DNA of 64,000 nt from Eledone cirrhosa (lineage: Eukaryota). Under the pieces are notes generated by a model that worked only from the letters and a program-made list of their open reading frames with translations, ran no database searches and had not been told where the DNA came from. Made by a program: the position numbers and the translations under genes. This document shows, in pieces, positions 26,834 to 39,629 of this stretch. The stretch lies in contig OZ024742.1 of assembly GCA_964016885.1 (NCBI GenBank), forward strand, positions 183,520,001-183,584,000, written 5' to 3'. Every line of letters begins with the position of its first letter. Position 1 is the stretch's first letter.

Positions 26834-28927
26834 CTAACAGTGCTGCGATCGAATGTGGCTTTTTAGCCCAGCCAATGATCTAAAATGTCTTGCACAGAGT
26901 CGGCAACCAAGACATTCACTGGGAATAGTCGGCTGTGGTTGGAGTTCGTGTACTTTTGCATGTCGCTTGAGCCCTCCTGCTGATTTACATTCTCTACCAC
27001 ATGTTTCGCAAGCATGATGAGTAGCATCTCCAACAGCAGCCTGGTAGTCAACCACTGGTCTTACTTTATGACTGCGAAGATGACTTTCGAGTCCAGCTTT
27101 GCTTAGGCAGAGTCTCGCACAGACGCTGCATGTCAGCACCATAGGAGGACCCTCGCCGTCTGGAAATGCAACAGCAATGCCCTTCCTCACATCCCGCTTT
27201 ACTTTCTCGTGTGCGATTCGAGATGCCTCAAAAGCAACTTTTCCCTCATATACAGTCTTTCTCCATTTATCAGCAGCAACATTTTCCCATGTATCAGCAG
27301 AGATATTAGCGTCTTTCAGAGAGGCTTTCAAGGAATCCTTATACCTCTTTTTTGGTTTATGTGGCGGTCGTTTTCCTTTAACCAACTCTCCATAGAAGAG
27401 TTGTTTTGGTATTCTAGAATCCTTCATCCTGGTAAGGTGACCACTCCAACGGAGTCGTTGCTTAAGCACAAGAGCTTCTATAGTGTCAAACATAGAGCTT
27501 TCCAAAATCTCGACATCACTGATGTGGTCCCTCCAGTGAACGCCATGGATCCGTCTGAGACACATCTGATGGAAACGCTCCAATTGCTTAAGGTGGTGTC
27601 GATATGTGACCCAGGTCTCGCAGGCATAAAGAAGACAAGAGAGTACGCATGCCCTGTACACCTTTACCTTTGTCCTCCTGCATATGTCTCGCCGACCCCA
27701 GAGTCGCCTTTCTAGCTTTCCGAAAGCATCCCTTGCTTTCCTAATCCTAAGTGAGATTTCACTGTCAAGGTTGCCGTATCGATTGACAGTGCTTCCCAAG
27801 TAGACAAACTGATCAACCACTCCAAATCGTTTGCCATACACATAGATGTTTGGTTCAGTGTACTGCTTACTAGGGGCAGGTTGGTACATGACGACGGTTT
27901 TCTTGAGACTGACAGTCAAACCCAGGGCAGTGTAAGCGTCAGAAAATGCATTCAAAATGTGCTGCATATCACTCTCTGTGTGCGCTACAAGATCGCAATC
28001 ATCTGCATACAAGAGGTCTCTTATGATTGATGTAAATACTTTTGTATTCGCAGCAAAGCGCCTGATGTTAAATATGCTGCCTGAGGTTCGATATCGGATG
28101 TAAACACCATGCTCGCAATTCCTGAATGCAATACAGAAAACCATTGCAAAGTATATGGCAAACAGGGTCGGTGCTGGAATATCCCCCTGTTTCACTCCAT
28201 TTTTTACTGAGATAGGCTCCGACATGTTACCTCCGACATTAACCCAAGCCTTCATGTCGTCATGGAAAGACCTAACTAAAGCAAGGAACTTATCAGGGCA
28301 ACCAAGTTTCTGGAGAACCTTCCATAATGCATCTCTGTTGACAGTATCGAAAGCCTTTGTCAGATCGACAAAAACCTGATACAGATCCAAGCCTTGTTCA
28401 ATGCACTTCTCCTGGAGCTGTCTAGCTGAGAAGATCATATCAGTAGTGCCGCGTCCAGCACGAAAACCAGATTGACTTTCAGGAAGAACACAATCTGCAA
28501 TGTGTGTCAGCAGACGGTCCAGAAGCACTCTACATAAAACTTTCCCTACGACAGAAAGCAATGATATACCTCTGTAGTTCCCACAATCATTCCTGTTACC
28601 CTTTCCCTTGTACAAGACCACCATTACTGCATCTCTCCAGTCATCAGGTACGGATTCATTAGCCCATATCCTTCCGAACAAAGAGTGCAGATGTTGCAGG
28701 AGTCTTTCACCACCATATTGTAGGAGCTCAGCATGTATGCCATCCATACCTGGAGATCTTCCACTGTTCAGCTTCGAAATAGCCACTGCAACCTCCACAA
28801 GCGTCGAAGGTTCTGCGAGAGCTACTTTCACAGGACTTTCTGGAATGAGATTGAGGAAATCTTCACTGACGACAGACGGCTGATTCAAAAGATCATCAAA
28901 GTGCTCTCGCCACCTTCGTAGAATTCC
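26834..28927 (-). CDS. RTE-clade LINE ORF, 5'-truncated: reverse transcriptase plus three C-terminal C2H2 zinc fingers
   Basis: GRSPGMDGI, NYRGISLLS, QSGFRAGRGTTD, FVDLTKAFDTV, GVKQGD, LLYADDCDL, YLGS, RLRWSGH; frame stays open upstream of the called start (GILRRWREHFDDLLNQP) to the truncation; no APE endonuclease left. Confidence 0.95.
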   Translation of the reverse strand, partial: GILRRWREHFDDLLNQPSVVSEDFLNLIPESPVKVALAEPSTLVEVAVAISKLNSGRSPGMDGIHAELLQYGGERLLQHLHSLFGRIWANESVPDDWRDAVMVVLYKGKGNRNDCGNYRGISLLSVVGKVLCRVLLDRLLTHIADCVLPESQSGFRAGRGTTDMIFSARQLQEKCIEQGLDLYQVFVDLTKAFDTVNRDALWKVLQKLGCPDKFLALVRSFHDDMKAWVNVGGNMSEPISVKNGVKQGDIPAPTLFAIYFAMVFCIAFRNCEHGVYIRYRTSGSIFNIRRFAANTKVFTSIIRDLLYADDCDLVAHTESDMQHILNAFSDAYTALGLTVSLKKTVVMYQPAPSKQYTEPNIYVYGKRFGVVDQFVYLGSTVNRYGNLDSEISLRIRKARDAFGKLERRLWGRRDICRRTKVKVYRACVLSCLLYACETWVTYRHHLKQLERFHQMCLRRIHGVHWRDHISDVEILESSMFDTIEALVLKQRLRWSGHLTRMKDSRIPKQLFYGELVKGKRPPHKPKKRYKDSLKASLKDANISADTWENVAADKWRKTVYEGKVAFEASRIAHEKVKRDVRKGIAVAFPDGEGPPMVLTCSVCARLCLSKAGLESHLRSHKVRPVVDYQAAVGDATHHACETCGRECKSAGGLKRHAKVHELQPQPTIPSECLGCRLCARHFRSLAGLKSHIRSQHC

Positions 28928-29144
28928 CTATACATATACATACATACATACGTACTCACACACACACACTCACATACACACATATTGGTTTAGATTTAGA
29001 TTGTAATGCTTTTATGTTTCTGGTGATGCTGAGCTTTGCAAACTTCAATTTCTACATTATTAATACATCTGTCGAAAACACGCCATTCCTATCATTAACC
29101 TTCCCTCAATGATACGGTTTTTATATGTATTATTTGCGGCTTTT

Positions 29145-29295
29145 TGCGTTCTGAGTTCAAATCTCGTTGTTAGATTTGCCTTTCATCCTTACGGGGTCGA
29201 TAAAATAAAGTACCAGTAACGCACTGGGGTCGATTTAACCGACTTTCCACTCCCCCCAAATTGCTGGGCTTGTGCCTATAGTAGAAATCATTATT
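29145..29295 (+). mobile_element. SINE (long variant), 5'-truncated
   Basis: Matches SINE consensus including GTCGATTTAA..CGAC hairpin. Confidence 0.88.
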
Positions 29296-30004
29296 ATGTA
29301 AATAGTAGTGCCTTGTGGTCTGGTGTATACTGCCCTTTAATTATTTGGTCTGATAGATTCTTCTTTGATCTCTACTTACTTAATCCGATAATGTGATTGG
29401 AGTGGTTCTGTTGCTATTTACAGATCAAACAAGACTTGTGCCACAGGAGGGGCAGGAGTCGGGTGGTGTTGGGTGGTGTTGGTGGTGCTGTGGAAGTACA
29501 TTGTCTGTATGTGTGTATATGTATATATACATATACACACACACTTACACACACACACTTACACACACTTACACACACACACACACACATATATACATAT
29601 ATATATACATGCTCGCACACACACAGGCACATATAATCTGAAAAAGATATGTGAAAACTAGAATAAGATAGAGAAAAATTATATAGTAAACGATAAAAAT
29701 GCAAGAATAGCCTAAAAATGAGCAAGAGGGTGAGAGGGAAGAGGGGGGGGGGTGAACTTGGTTGATGATGAGGGGAAGATGGGAAGGGGAATTAGATGAT
29801 GATGATTATGATGATGATGATGATGATGACGATGAAGAAGACGATGAGCATGAGAGGAATGAGGATGAGGATGAGGATGAATTATTTTCTTTTCTGAAGA
29901 AATGACTCTTGTGTGATTTAGATCTCAATTAATCCAAATATGCACGTGCGCGCACACGCGCGCGCGTGTGTGTGTCTGTGTTTTTGTGGATGTCTGTTTG
30001 TGTG

Positions 30005-30035
<31 letters not shown>

Positions 30036-30624
30036 TTGCGTGTGTGTGTGCAACAGAGAGAGAGCGAAGTTGGTGTTGCACTATATATATTATGGTGATT
30101 TCGTATTAATAAATCCGTTACACCAGGTGTTCGAAATAAACCCACAAGTCAGTAATACTCGGGCAGTCAACGAGTGTGTACAGGACATTCAACGAGTGCG
30201 TACAGGACATTCAATGAGTCCACTCATTGTACGTTAAGCCTAAGTAGCGTTCCACAGTGATTTGGGAACTGAGAACTAGATTGAAATTGAGCTATGGTGT
30301 AAGTGTGCGCAACTGCAAGTAGCATTGCACGCCTGAGCTTTAGGCGGTTGAGAGCCGATAGCTATACCGTAACTTCAACTATCTGAGAAAGGAAATCTCA
30401 TGATATCCGGACATGAATCAAGTTTCACATATACATGTGTTTGTGTGGAAGTATAATTACAACATTTTAACCATTCTTGAAGTAATGTATGTGTGCGTGT
30501 GTGCGTGCGAACATTTTATACACATGTGTCGAAATGCAAAACATGATTGTGCATGCATGAGTAAAGTTTTGAAACAGAAACACTATACGTAAGTATGTTT
30601 TTGAATCAGCGAGCGAGTTTGAAG

Positions 30625-30835
30625 ATAGAAATAGAAGCTTTCGTCGTATTTTTTACTAAAGAAATTTTAGCCTGATAGTGGGGTTTAAAACCCTCTAAGA
30701 AATGAAAAAGATAAGTATTGACGTACATGGGAGTATATCAATACTAATCTTTTTCCATTTCTTAGAGGATTCTAAACCCCACTATCAGACTGAAATTTCT
30801 TTAGTTAAAAATACGGCGAAAGCTTCTATTTCTAT
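30625..30835. repeat. Imperfect ~97-bp inverted repeat (30625-30721/30738-30835)
   Basis: CTGATAGTGGGGTTTA / TAAACCCCACTATCAG etc. Confidence 0.88.
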
Positions 30836-31142
30836 TATAAACAGTACAGTTTATAATCGTACACTAAATTTTTTAGAAAGGAGAAAATAATTAAGAGTTC
30901 AGTTTTTATTTTGTTTCCTTCTTCTTCTGCGTGTCTGTACTTTTGCTGAGCTGATTTATGTCTGCCGACGTTGCTAGCGTTTGATAATGCTGTTGTACTT
31001 GTAGTTGTAAGCTAGTTTTTGAAAATAGTTTTTGTTGACGTTCCTGTTACCATGGATGTTGTACCGATGCGCAAGTGAATTCGATAGCATGTGAAAACAT
31101 GATTGCGTACATAGCGCGAGTTTATATATATATATATGTATA

Positions 31143-31356
31143 CAGTGGCGGACTGGGTTAAAAAATATTGGTTGCCAGGAGATGAAGGGGACCCACCTAC
31201 ATATAGAATGCTATCATTTAATTTTTATAATGAATAAATAACATTTTAGAAAAATACCTAAGTGGAAACAAAACAGTGCAATCAAATTTTTGCAGTAAAA
31301 TGTCTTACCTTCTCCAATAAAAAATATTATGTATTTTGCGAAATCCAGAGACTTTC
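31143..31356 (+). mobile_element. Left end of a DNA transposon (TIR CAGTGGCGGACTGG); second left-end copy 33477-33901; matching right end 38560-38690
   Basis: CAGTGGCGGACTGG at 31143 versus CCAGTCCACCACTG ending 38690, both flanked by TA. Confidence 0.55.
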
Positions 31357-31366
31357 AATAATGACC

Positions 31367-31783
31367 AGAAGTCGACCCTAAATATTACTAATAGCTCTAG
31401 CAAAGCCATGAACCACACCACATCTTTTTAACTTTGATTTTGAAAGTATGTTTATAATTATCAATTTTCATCATGCTTTTGTAGCGGTCTCGGTGGCCTA
31501 GCTGGAGGAATCATAGACGGTGATGATCCTGATCTGAAGTTCGATCCTGGTCGGAGTAGGGTTTCCCGTATACGTTTTCAGTTTTTTTTCTATTGGTTGA
31601 AAAATAAAAACTGACCAGGATTGAACCAAGGCCGCCTCTAATACCTACCGCTAGGCCACAGAGACAACTACGAAAATCTAATGAAAATTCATACTTATAA
31701 ACCTACTTTCAAAATGTTCAAAACAAAGTGTTGTGGTGTCGTTCATGTCTTAATGTTATTGCTCCTACTTAAGGTCAACTTCT
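31367..31783. mobile_element. Fold-back element with two convergent tRNA-like (Pol III A/B box) units
   Basis: Ends AGAAGTCGACC/GGTCAACTTCT; + unit TGGCCTAGCTGG..AGTTCGATCC (31494-31547); - unit TGGCCTAGCGG..GGTTCAATCC (31658-31618). Confidence 0.65.
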
Positions 31784-32320
31784 AAATAATTTGGGTGTTC
31801 CATAAACTACATCCTCGTTTTGTTTATCATCTATCTAGACTATATTTTAACCTGTAATCCATGTTTCATTTCTATTGCACCTAATTTCTCCCCATTCTCC
31901 CTGTGATATTTGAATGTACTATGATTTGGGCTTACTTTATTCATATATATATGATTTTGCATGTCAGATTTAAACTTACAATGATTGGCATTATATATAT
32001 ATCATTTGTTTGCTAAAATAATCAAATTAAATTAATTTAACAGTTAAACACACATAGGAATAATAGGTTGTTACCAAAGGTCGACTTCTAAATCATTTGG
32101 GTGTTCCATAAACTACATCCTCGTTTTGTTTCTCACCTATCTAGACTTCATTTTAACCTGCAATCCATGTTTCATTTCTGTTCCACCTAATTTCGCCCCC
32201 CCCCCCCCCCCTCTCTGTGATATTTGAATCTACTATGATTTGGCCTTACCTTATTCCTATATAGATTTTTTGCATGTCAGTTAGATTCAAACTTATAATG
32301 ATTGACATTATATTTATACA
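31771..32320. repeat. Direct duplication of ~230 bp (31771-32000 and 32078-32315)
   Basis: Shared AGGTC[A/G]ACTTCTAAAT..TTTGGGTGTTCCATAAACTACATCCTCGTTTTG. Confidence 0.88.
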
Positions 32321-32325
32321 TATAA

Positions 32326-32512
32326 GGGCGGTGGATTGGCAGTATTGGTAGAGAGTCGGACACCATGCTTTGAAGCATAGAGTTATGTCCCTTTATGATC
32401 TGAATTCAAATCCCGCCGAGGTTAACTTTGCCTTTCTTTCTTACGTGGTCGATAAAATAAAGTACCAGTAATGTACTGGTGTAATTACTGGCCTTGTGGC
32501 AAAAGTAGGAAT
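32326..32512 (+). mobile_element. Full-length SINE
   Basis: GGCGGTGGATTGGCAG head, B-box-like GAATTCAAATC, body and tail. Confidence 0.92.
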
Positions 32513-32806
32513 AAATATATATATATATATATATATATATCTATATCCAAAATGAATTTAATCTAAATCAAATTTATGGGTGTCATGCCACAAGGCATGC
32601 GCCATATCACCCGTAAAGTAAGCTCCAAGATTCTAATGAATAGGTCCGAGCATTTTATAACAACTAGAAATTGATTAACATATAAATAAAGATATGAAAC
32701 AATCACAGGGGATAATTTTTACAAGTGTGTAAGCACACACAGCTAGGTAGGTAACTAAATAAAGTTAACTAGAACTTCAAAAATAGATACCTTATAATAT
32801 GATTAA

Positions 32807-32900
32807 TCTTCTCTGTATATATTCCATTAAAGAAATATATTTCACCAATTAATCGAATGGTAAACCACGGATGCCGATACTTGGATTTTCAACAACGAAG
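32807..32900 (-). ncRNA. Type I hammerhead, U3-A8 core (left arm)
   Basis: Minus strand CTTCGTTG-TTGAAAA-tCCAA..TTGGt-GAAA-..-TA-CAGAGAAG; helix I with one mismatch. Confidence 0.6.
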
Positions 32901-32946
32901 CTGGTCGCCGATTTGAACTTAATGCGTAAACACAGACAGCTGGACT

Positions 32947-33041
32947 TCTTCCTTGTTGAAAATTCAAGTATCGGCATCCGTGGTTTACCATTCGATTAAT
33001 TGGTGAAATATATTTCTTTAATGGAATATATACAGGGAAGA
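32947..33041 (+). ncRNA. Type I hammerhead, U3-A8 core, full helix III
   Basis: TCTTCCTTG-TTGAAAA-tTCAA..TTGGt-GAAA-TATATTTC tttaat GGAATATA-TA-CAGGGAAGA; helix I 9 bp, helix III 9 bp, AUA site at 33032. Confidence 0.72.
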
Positions 33042-33187
33042 TTAATCATATTATAAGGTATCTATTTTTGAAGTTCTAGTTAACTTTATTTAGTTACCTA
33101 CCTAGCTGTGTGTGCTTGCACACTTGTAAAAATTATCCCCTGTGATTGTTTCATATCTTTATTTATATGTTAATCAATTTCTAGTTG

Positions 33188-33342
<155 letters not shown>

Positions 33343-33408
33343 GGAGACTGAGGTTAACTGGACATGCTCACCGACATCCAGAGTTGACATTGCACTCAGT
33401 GCTCCTGC

Positions 33409-33478
<70 letters not shown>

Positions 33479-33559
33479 GTGGTGGACTAGGTCTAAAAAT
33501 ATTTGTTACCATATAGAGTATTGGTCTACATTTAGAATGCTATTATTTAATTTTAAAAA

Positions 33560-33772
33560 GGGCGGTGGATTGGCAGTATCGGTAGAGGTCGGACACCATG
33601 CTTTGCAGCATGGAGTTACGGTCCATTATGATCTGATATCAAATCCCGCCAAAGTTAACTTTGCCTTTCATCCTTACGGGTCGATGAAATAAAGTACCAG
33701 TCATGCACTGGAGGCGATTTAATCGACTTTCTCCTCCCCAAAATTGCTGGCCTTGTGCCTATATAAGAAACC
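33560..33772 (+). mobile_element. Full-length SINE with ~15-bp TSD (ATTATTTAATTTTAA)
   Basis: TSD at 33542-33556 and 33773-33787; empty-site paralog near 31211. Confidence 0.92.
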
Positions 33773-33921
33773 ATTATTTAATTTTAATAATGAATAAATA
33801 ACATTTTCAAAAAATACATAAGTGGAAACAAAACAATGCAATCAAACTTTTGCGGAAAAATATAAAAAATATTATGTATTATGCGAAATCCAGAGACTTT
33901 CACACTCACTCAATATATATC

Positions 33922-33989
<68 letters not shown>

Positions 33990-33993
33990 CGTG

Positions 33994-34030
<37 letters not shown>

Positions 34031-34031
<1 letters not shown>

Positions 34032-34734
34032 AAGTTTTTTTGGAAAAAATAACGTTTTTAAAAAAATGGCTGAAGCTTCTTCACCAACATTCGAAGGGGA
34101 AAAGGGGAAGATATGCTTACAGCTTCCCCCTTCCACTGTCATAGTAGCAGATGTCTCACCCAAGGGTCAGCCAGAGGAGGAATTTTCGAGGCAGCAGGCT
34201 TCGGACCCGTGTTCAGGGGCTGGATTGCTGCAATGCACATCAGCAACATCTGCTCAAGGGTCAAGGTGAACGGCTACCTTCGGAGCCCTTCCATATCACG
34301 CGATCCATCCGACAGGGATGCCCTCTCTCCTCCATTCTGTACATACTGACTCTCGAGCCACTACCGTGGAAGTTGGAGCATCCCTTTGGAACCGGGACTG
34401 CGAAAAGCGGCGTCGGCCTACGCCGACGACGTGACAGTAATGGTGTCGAGCACCTCGCAAATCGAGGAGGTCGGCACCTTACTGAAGGAATACGAAAGGT
34501 TCACAGGAGCGAAGCTGAACGGACAAATCCGTCGGTTTGCAACTCGGAACGTGGAGAGGCAAACCGATGCCTTCCGATGACGTCGTCGGACGCTGGACGG
34601 AAGGACCGGTAAAGCTGCTCGGGGTCTGGTTTGGCCCGGACCTCCAGGTGGAGAAGAACTGGAACGAAGTGACAGCCAAGGTGTTTGCGCTCATCCAGAA
34701 GTGGGTCAAGTGCAAACTATCCTTGAAAGGTCCT
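34031..34734 (+). pseudogene. Tx1/L1-clade LINE fragment (frameshifted RT), possibly fused to the element's 5' end
   Basis: GFGPVFRGWI..VKVNG, ITRSIRQGCPLS..LEPL, AYADDVTV, KLLGVWFG..LSLKG. Confidence 0.88.
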
Positions 34735-35984
34735 TGAAATATTTGAAAAATCTCCTCAAGAAAGGCAAATGTTTAACGGGCAAAAAAAATATATAAATAA
34801 AATAATGCAAGAGATATATAAAAATAAAATAAGGAAATATAGTAAGGGTATGTGTATAAATGTGTGTATATGCACCTACACATGTACATATGTGTGTATG
34901 TACAAATGAATGTGTATAGTGAAAAAATGTGTGCGTAAGTACATACATGAGGGCAAGCATATCAGTGTATGTGTGACCACAAATACGTATATATGTTGGA
35001 AAAAGAAATTGTAAGATAATAGAGTTACCGTACATACAGACTCAGGGACTAAGGATTGAAATATATGCACATACAAGTATTAAAGCACGCGTATAAACAC
35101 ACACACACGCGCAACCACATACATGCAAGTGATATATACAGGAAAGGGAGTGTATCAGTCAAAGTAGTGTCAGGCTGAAGGTCGATGCATATATATAAAA
35201 TATAAAATATGAAAATGAAAAATGAAAAAATATATGAGAATAAAAAAATTAAATCAAATAGAAAGTAAGAGGGAGGGGTTATCAATTATAAAGTAACACT
35301 AGAAAAAGTAGAAGACATACATAGGTTCGTACACACACATATATATATATATATAAATACGTACAGACAAAAGCACATACATGCGTACATACATACAAAA
35401 GCGCGCATACATACACACAAAGCGCATATATATACATACATGTACATCTAATCACACGCACGCACGCGACCATATATATATATACACATATATATATATA
35501 CACACATATATATATATACATACACACACATGTATATAAGTATGTAAAAACATAGATATAAAACACACACATACACACACACACATATACACATACACGC
35601 GCACATACGAATGCATTCGTATACATATACAAACACGTATACACACATATGCCCACTTACACGCATACATACATAAAACCTAGCCGTATGAATAAATGAG
35701 TACAAATTATACACAAGTAAACATACATAAAAGCGGCTGAGGGACAACAGAATATATCTGGAGTTGAAAACGCAAGTGACATGTGATATCAGGTAGTGAA
35801 AGAAAAAGGGGGGAGTAAAATATGTAAAATTGTGAAGATATAAAGTAAGTGTATCAAAAAGCAGGGGGTGGGTGGTGGTCACTGTTGGATGTGAAGTAAA
35901 AATAAAGTTAAAAATAAAAATAAAAGTAAATCAGAAAGAGAAGTCTGTAAAGAGGGTAAGTTAAGGAAAGTGAAGAACAAGAGT

Positions 35985-36840
35985 TTATGGAGGATAAGTA
36001 TCTGAAAGTGAGTTAAGTTTATATGAGAAGGAAAGCAAGTGTGATTTCATGTGTGGGCAACTGGTGAAAATTTCTGTTTTTGCATTTAGGCCGGTTTTTG
36101 GTGATTTAAGGTTCTGTAAAACCCAATATTTTTCACTTATGCAGAGTGCGCATCTTCTTGTTCCTCTTGCATATTCTTTAGATTGGTTCATAATTGACCA
36201 ATCTAATTTATATTGGATACCTTGGTCTTTCAAATCCCATATTCTGCTAGCCAGAGCTGTTGTAAATCTTTTTTCAGGATGTCGGAAAGATGCGACTTGT
36301 GAGTAATAACGCGTTTTGAATTTGTCTTGTGTCATACCCACATATCGTTCGCTGGTGGCTGGTAGGTTGTTGCTGGTGGTTGTCACTTTAGCTGCATATA
36401 CAATGGCTTTGGTGTTGCATTTACCTTGTAATGGGCATTCACTTTTGACTCTACAGGAGCAATGTTGATGTTCTCTGGGTATTTTCTTATTGAAGATATA
36501 AGATTTAATAGGGGGACCGCAGGAGTAGCTGATTTGACGCAGTTTCTATTGAAGATCTTATAGTATCTATGTGTTCTAGGGAAATGTTTATCTAAGAGCT
36601 CTAGGAATTTTTTGCCTACATTAGTTTTAACTTCTAAAGAGTAGGGGGTGTAAACCAGCTCATTTTTCTTTTCCTATTATTATGTTTAAAAGAGTTAGTA
36701 TTGTTGGGTATGTACTTAATCGGTTCGCTAAATCCTCTATTTTGAAGGGCTTTATTATAGTAGGAGGATGCCTTATTGAAAATAGCTTCTGAGGAAGAGA
36801 GGGTGGAGATCCTACGGCTAATATTAGGGATAATATTTTT
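35985..36840 (-). pseudogene. Penelope-like ORF C-terminus: linker + GIY-YIG endonuclease
   Basis: [57 protein letters not shown]; upstream NVGKKFL..DKHFP..KIFNRN with frameshifts. Confidence 0.9.
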
Positions 36841-37908
36841 ATATACTCCAGATATATTCTGTTGTCCCTCAGCCGCTTTTATGTATGTTTACTTGCGTAT
36901 AATTTGTACTCATTTATTCATACGGCTGGTTTTTATAATCTATGTATGCGTGTAAGTGTGCATATGTGTGTATACATGTTTGTACATGTATACGAATGCA
37001 TTCGTATGTGCGCGTGTATGTGTATATGTGTGTGTGTATATGTGTTTTTATATCTATTTTTTACATACTTATATACATGTGTGTGTATATGTATATATAT
37101 ATATATATGTGTGTGTGTATATATATATTTATATATATATATGGTCGCGTGCGTGCGTGTGATTAGATGTACATGTATGTATTTATATGTGCTTCGTGTG
37201 TATGTATGCGCGCTTTTGTATGTATGTACGCATGTATGTGCTTTTGTCTGTACGTATTTATATATATATTTATATATATATATATGTGTGTGTACGAACC
37301 TATGTATGTTTTCTATTTTTTTCTAGTGTTACTTTATAATTGATAACCCCTCCCTCTTACTTTCTCTTTGATTTAATTTTTTATTCTCATATATTTTTTC
37401 ATTTTTTCATTTTCATATTATATATTTTTTATATATGCATCGACCTTCAGCCTGACACTGCTTTGACTGATACACTCCCTTCCCTGTATATATCACTTGC
37501 ATGTATGTGGTTGCGCGCGTGTGTGTGTTTATACGTGTGCTTTCATACTTGTATGTGTATATATTTCAATCCTTAGTCCCTGAGTCTGTATGTACGGTAA
37601 CTCTATTATCTTACAAGTTCTTTTTCCAACATACATTATATACGTATTTGTGGTCACACATACACTGATATGCTTGCCCTCATGTATGTACTTACGCACA
37701 CATTTTTTCACTATACACATGCATTTGTACATACACACATATGTACATTTGTAGGTGCATATACACACATTTATACACATACCCTTACTATATTTCCTTA
37801 TTTTATTTTTATATATCTCTTGCATTACTTTTATTTATATAATTTTTTTGCCCGTTAAACTTTTGCCTTTCTTGAGGAGATTTTTCAAATATTTCACTAT
37901 GTTTTAAA

Positions 37909-37959
37909 TTGCCTTGTCTGACGAACGTCTTATTCGGGAAACCTCTGGTAATGAGGTAA
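37909..37959 (+). ncRNA. Minimal type I hammerhead in the Penelope pLTR
   Basis: TTGCCTTGT-CTGACGA-aCGtcttattCGg-GAAA-CCtctGG-TA-ATGAGGTAA; helix I 9 bp, weak helix II. Confidence 0.72.
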
Positions 37960-38060
37960 TTATATTGTATTGTTTATTATACATTAAATTTAGCTCTGTC
38001 ACTTACATAGAGCACTCTTCACTCCTATGACTTTTTCAATTTTCAACGGAAACTTAAATA

Positions 38061-38138
<78 letters not shown>

Positions 38139-38205
38139 CGTTATTCCGGGTTGAATCGGAGGTAACCACAGTAAGTAAGGTACTCAATACATTGCAGAGT
38201 ATAAA

Positions 38206-38327
38206 AGTTTTAATATAGATGAGATTCTACAGGACTAGAACTGTTTCATTCTTTAGAAATCATCAGATTCCTGATGATTTCTAAAGAATGAAACAGTTCT
38301 AGTCCTGTAGAATCTCATCTATATTAA

Positions 38328-38331
<4 letters not shown>
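38206..38331. repeat. Perfect ~126-bp palindrome centred next to a hammerhead core; related copy 24186-24357
   Basis: Each arm reads CTGATGA-tTTCtaaaGAAt-GAAA-cagttc-TA-GTCCTG. Confidence 0.9.
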
Positions 38332-38365
<34 letters not shown>

Positions 38366-38883
38366 TTGTGTGCCTATGTCTATATTTGTATTTTTGCATG
38401 CAGGAATGAATACACTCAGCTTTAGATTTAGTAGAATGTACAACCACTGATTCCAACTATTTGCACTATCGTATATTTTGGTTTCTATTAATTCCATGGG
38501 GAATCGGTTGCCTAATTGTTTCATTTATTTTTTTAATTTTATTCTTTCTCTTAGATTTCAGGTATTTTTTGAAAGCAAAGCATTGGCCCCTAAAATACTA
38601 GTGGGCTAGTGGGCTCTTACAATGCTACCGTGGGCCCCTTTGGGCCCACTTGCCATTGGGAAAACTGGTAACCTGGCCAGTCCACCACTGTATATATATT
38701 TTTCGTTACTTTGGTATTGTGTAGTTAGGTTTTGCCTACCACAATGTTCAATTTGTCTAGCTATTTAAACGTATGTTATTACTCTAAGGACATACCCTTA
38801 TTGAGTGCTTTGCTAACTCATTCATATTGTAGGTCGACTTTGCTAGCCCACAGCCAAAGCTTCGATTTTACTAAACTTCCACT

Positions 38884-38973
<90 letters not shown>

Positions 38974-39629
38974 CATTTTTGTTTGTTCTTTTCGAAAGAA
39001 AGTCTTTTTCCTTGTTCGAAAGTTAGTTTCCGGTTTTGGATGTTGTTGTTTTCGTTGTTTATCGGATATGTTAGAAAGTCGGGGATCCCTAATTGTTGCA
39101 AGGCGAATGGTATCGCTGCCGTAGTTTTCCTATAGCATCCGAAATCTGAAAGCTGCATCAGCAAATGTATCGGAAAGTGCACCAGAAAGCTGTTCGTTTG
39201 TCAGGGTTACCAATTTTAGCGGGAGTAAATAAAAAAAGTATTGTGATGGTGTGGGTTACCAGATGGATTTGACCATTTGTAGTAGTAGTGATGAAGTGTG
39301 AAGATGATGGGTGAGTAGCTTTTTGGTTCAACAATAGAATTTGAATAAGTGGAGTATGACTCAGTGTGTCTAGAGAAGTTTTGCCATGTTCGAGGAAACA
39401 TAGTTGTACCCGCTTGTTGTGGTGTAAAATGAGATTACAGTGGGGAGAATGACTTCCCCAAATCGCATGGATAAGAATTAACAAATGAACAAAACGTTGC
39501 TAATTTTAATGTTTGTATTTGTATCATCATTTACTACGGAATCATGTGCAGCAATGAACAACGGAAAACAAGGCACAGATAGATGCAGTATGTTATCTGT
39601 GCCAACGTAGTAATATTTAGTAGTAATAA

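Larger units (their letters stand above)
34735..38065 (-). mobile_element. 5'-truncated Penelope-like element with inverted pLTR copies (34735-35764 and 36845-37896)
   Basis: ~1-kb inverted repeats flanking a GIY-YIG remnant; hammerhead just beyond the right arm. Confidence 0.88.

Noticed and set aside
31486-31554. Functional tRNA gene
   Set aside because: A and B boxes are present but the acceptor and anticodon stems do not pair; treated as tRNA-derived
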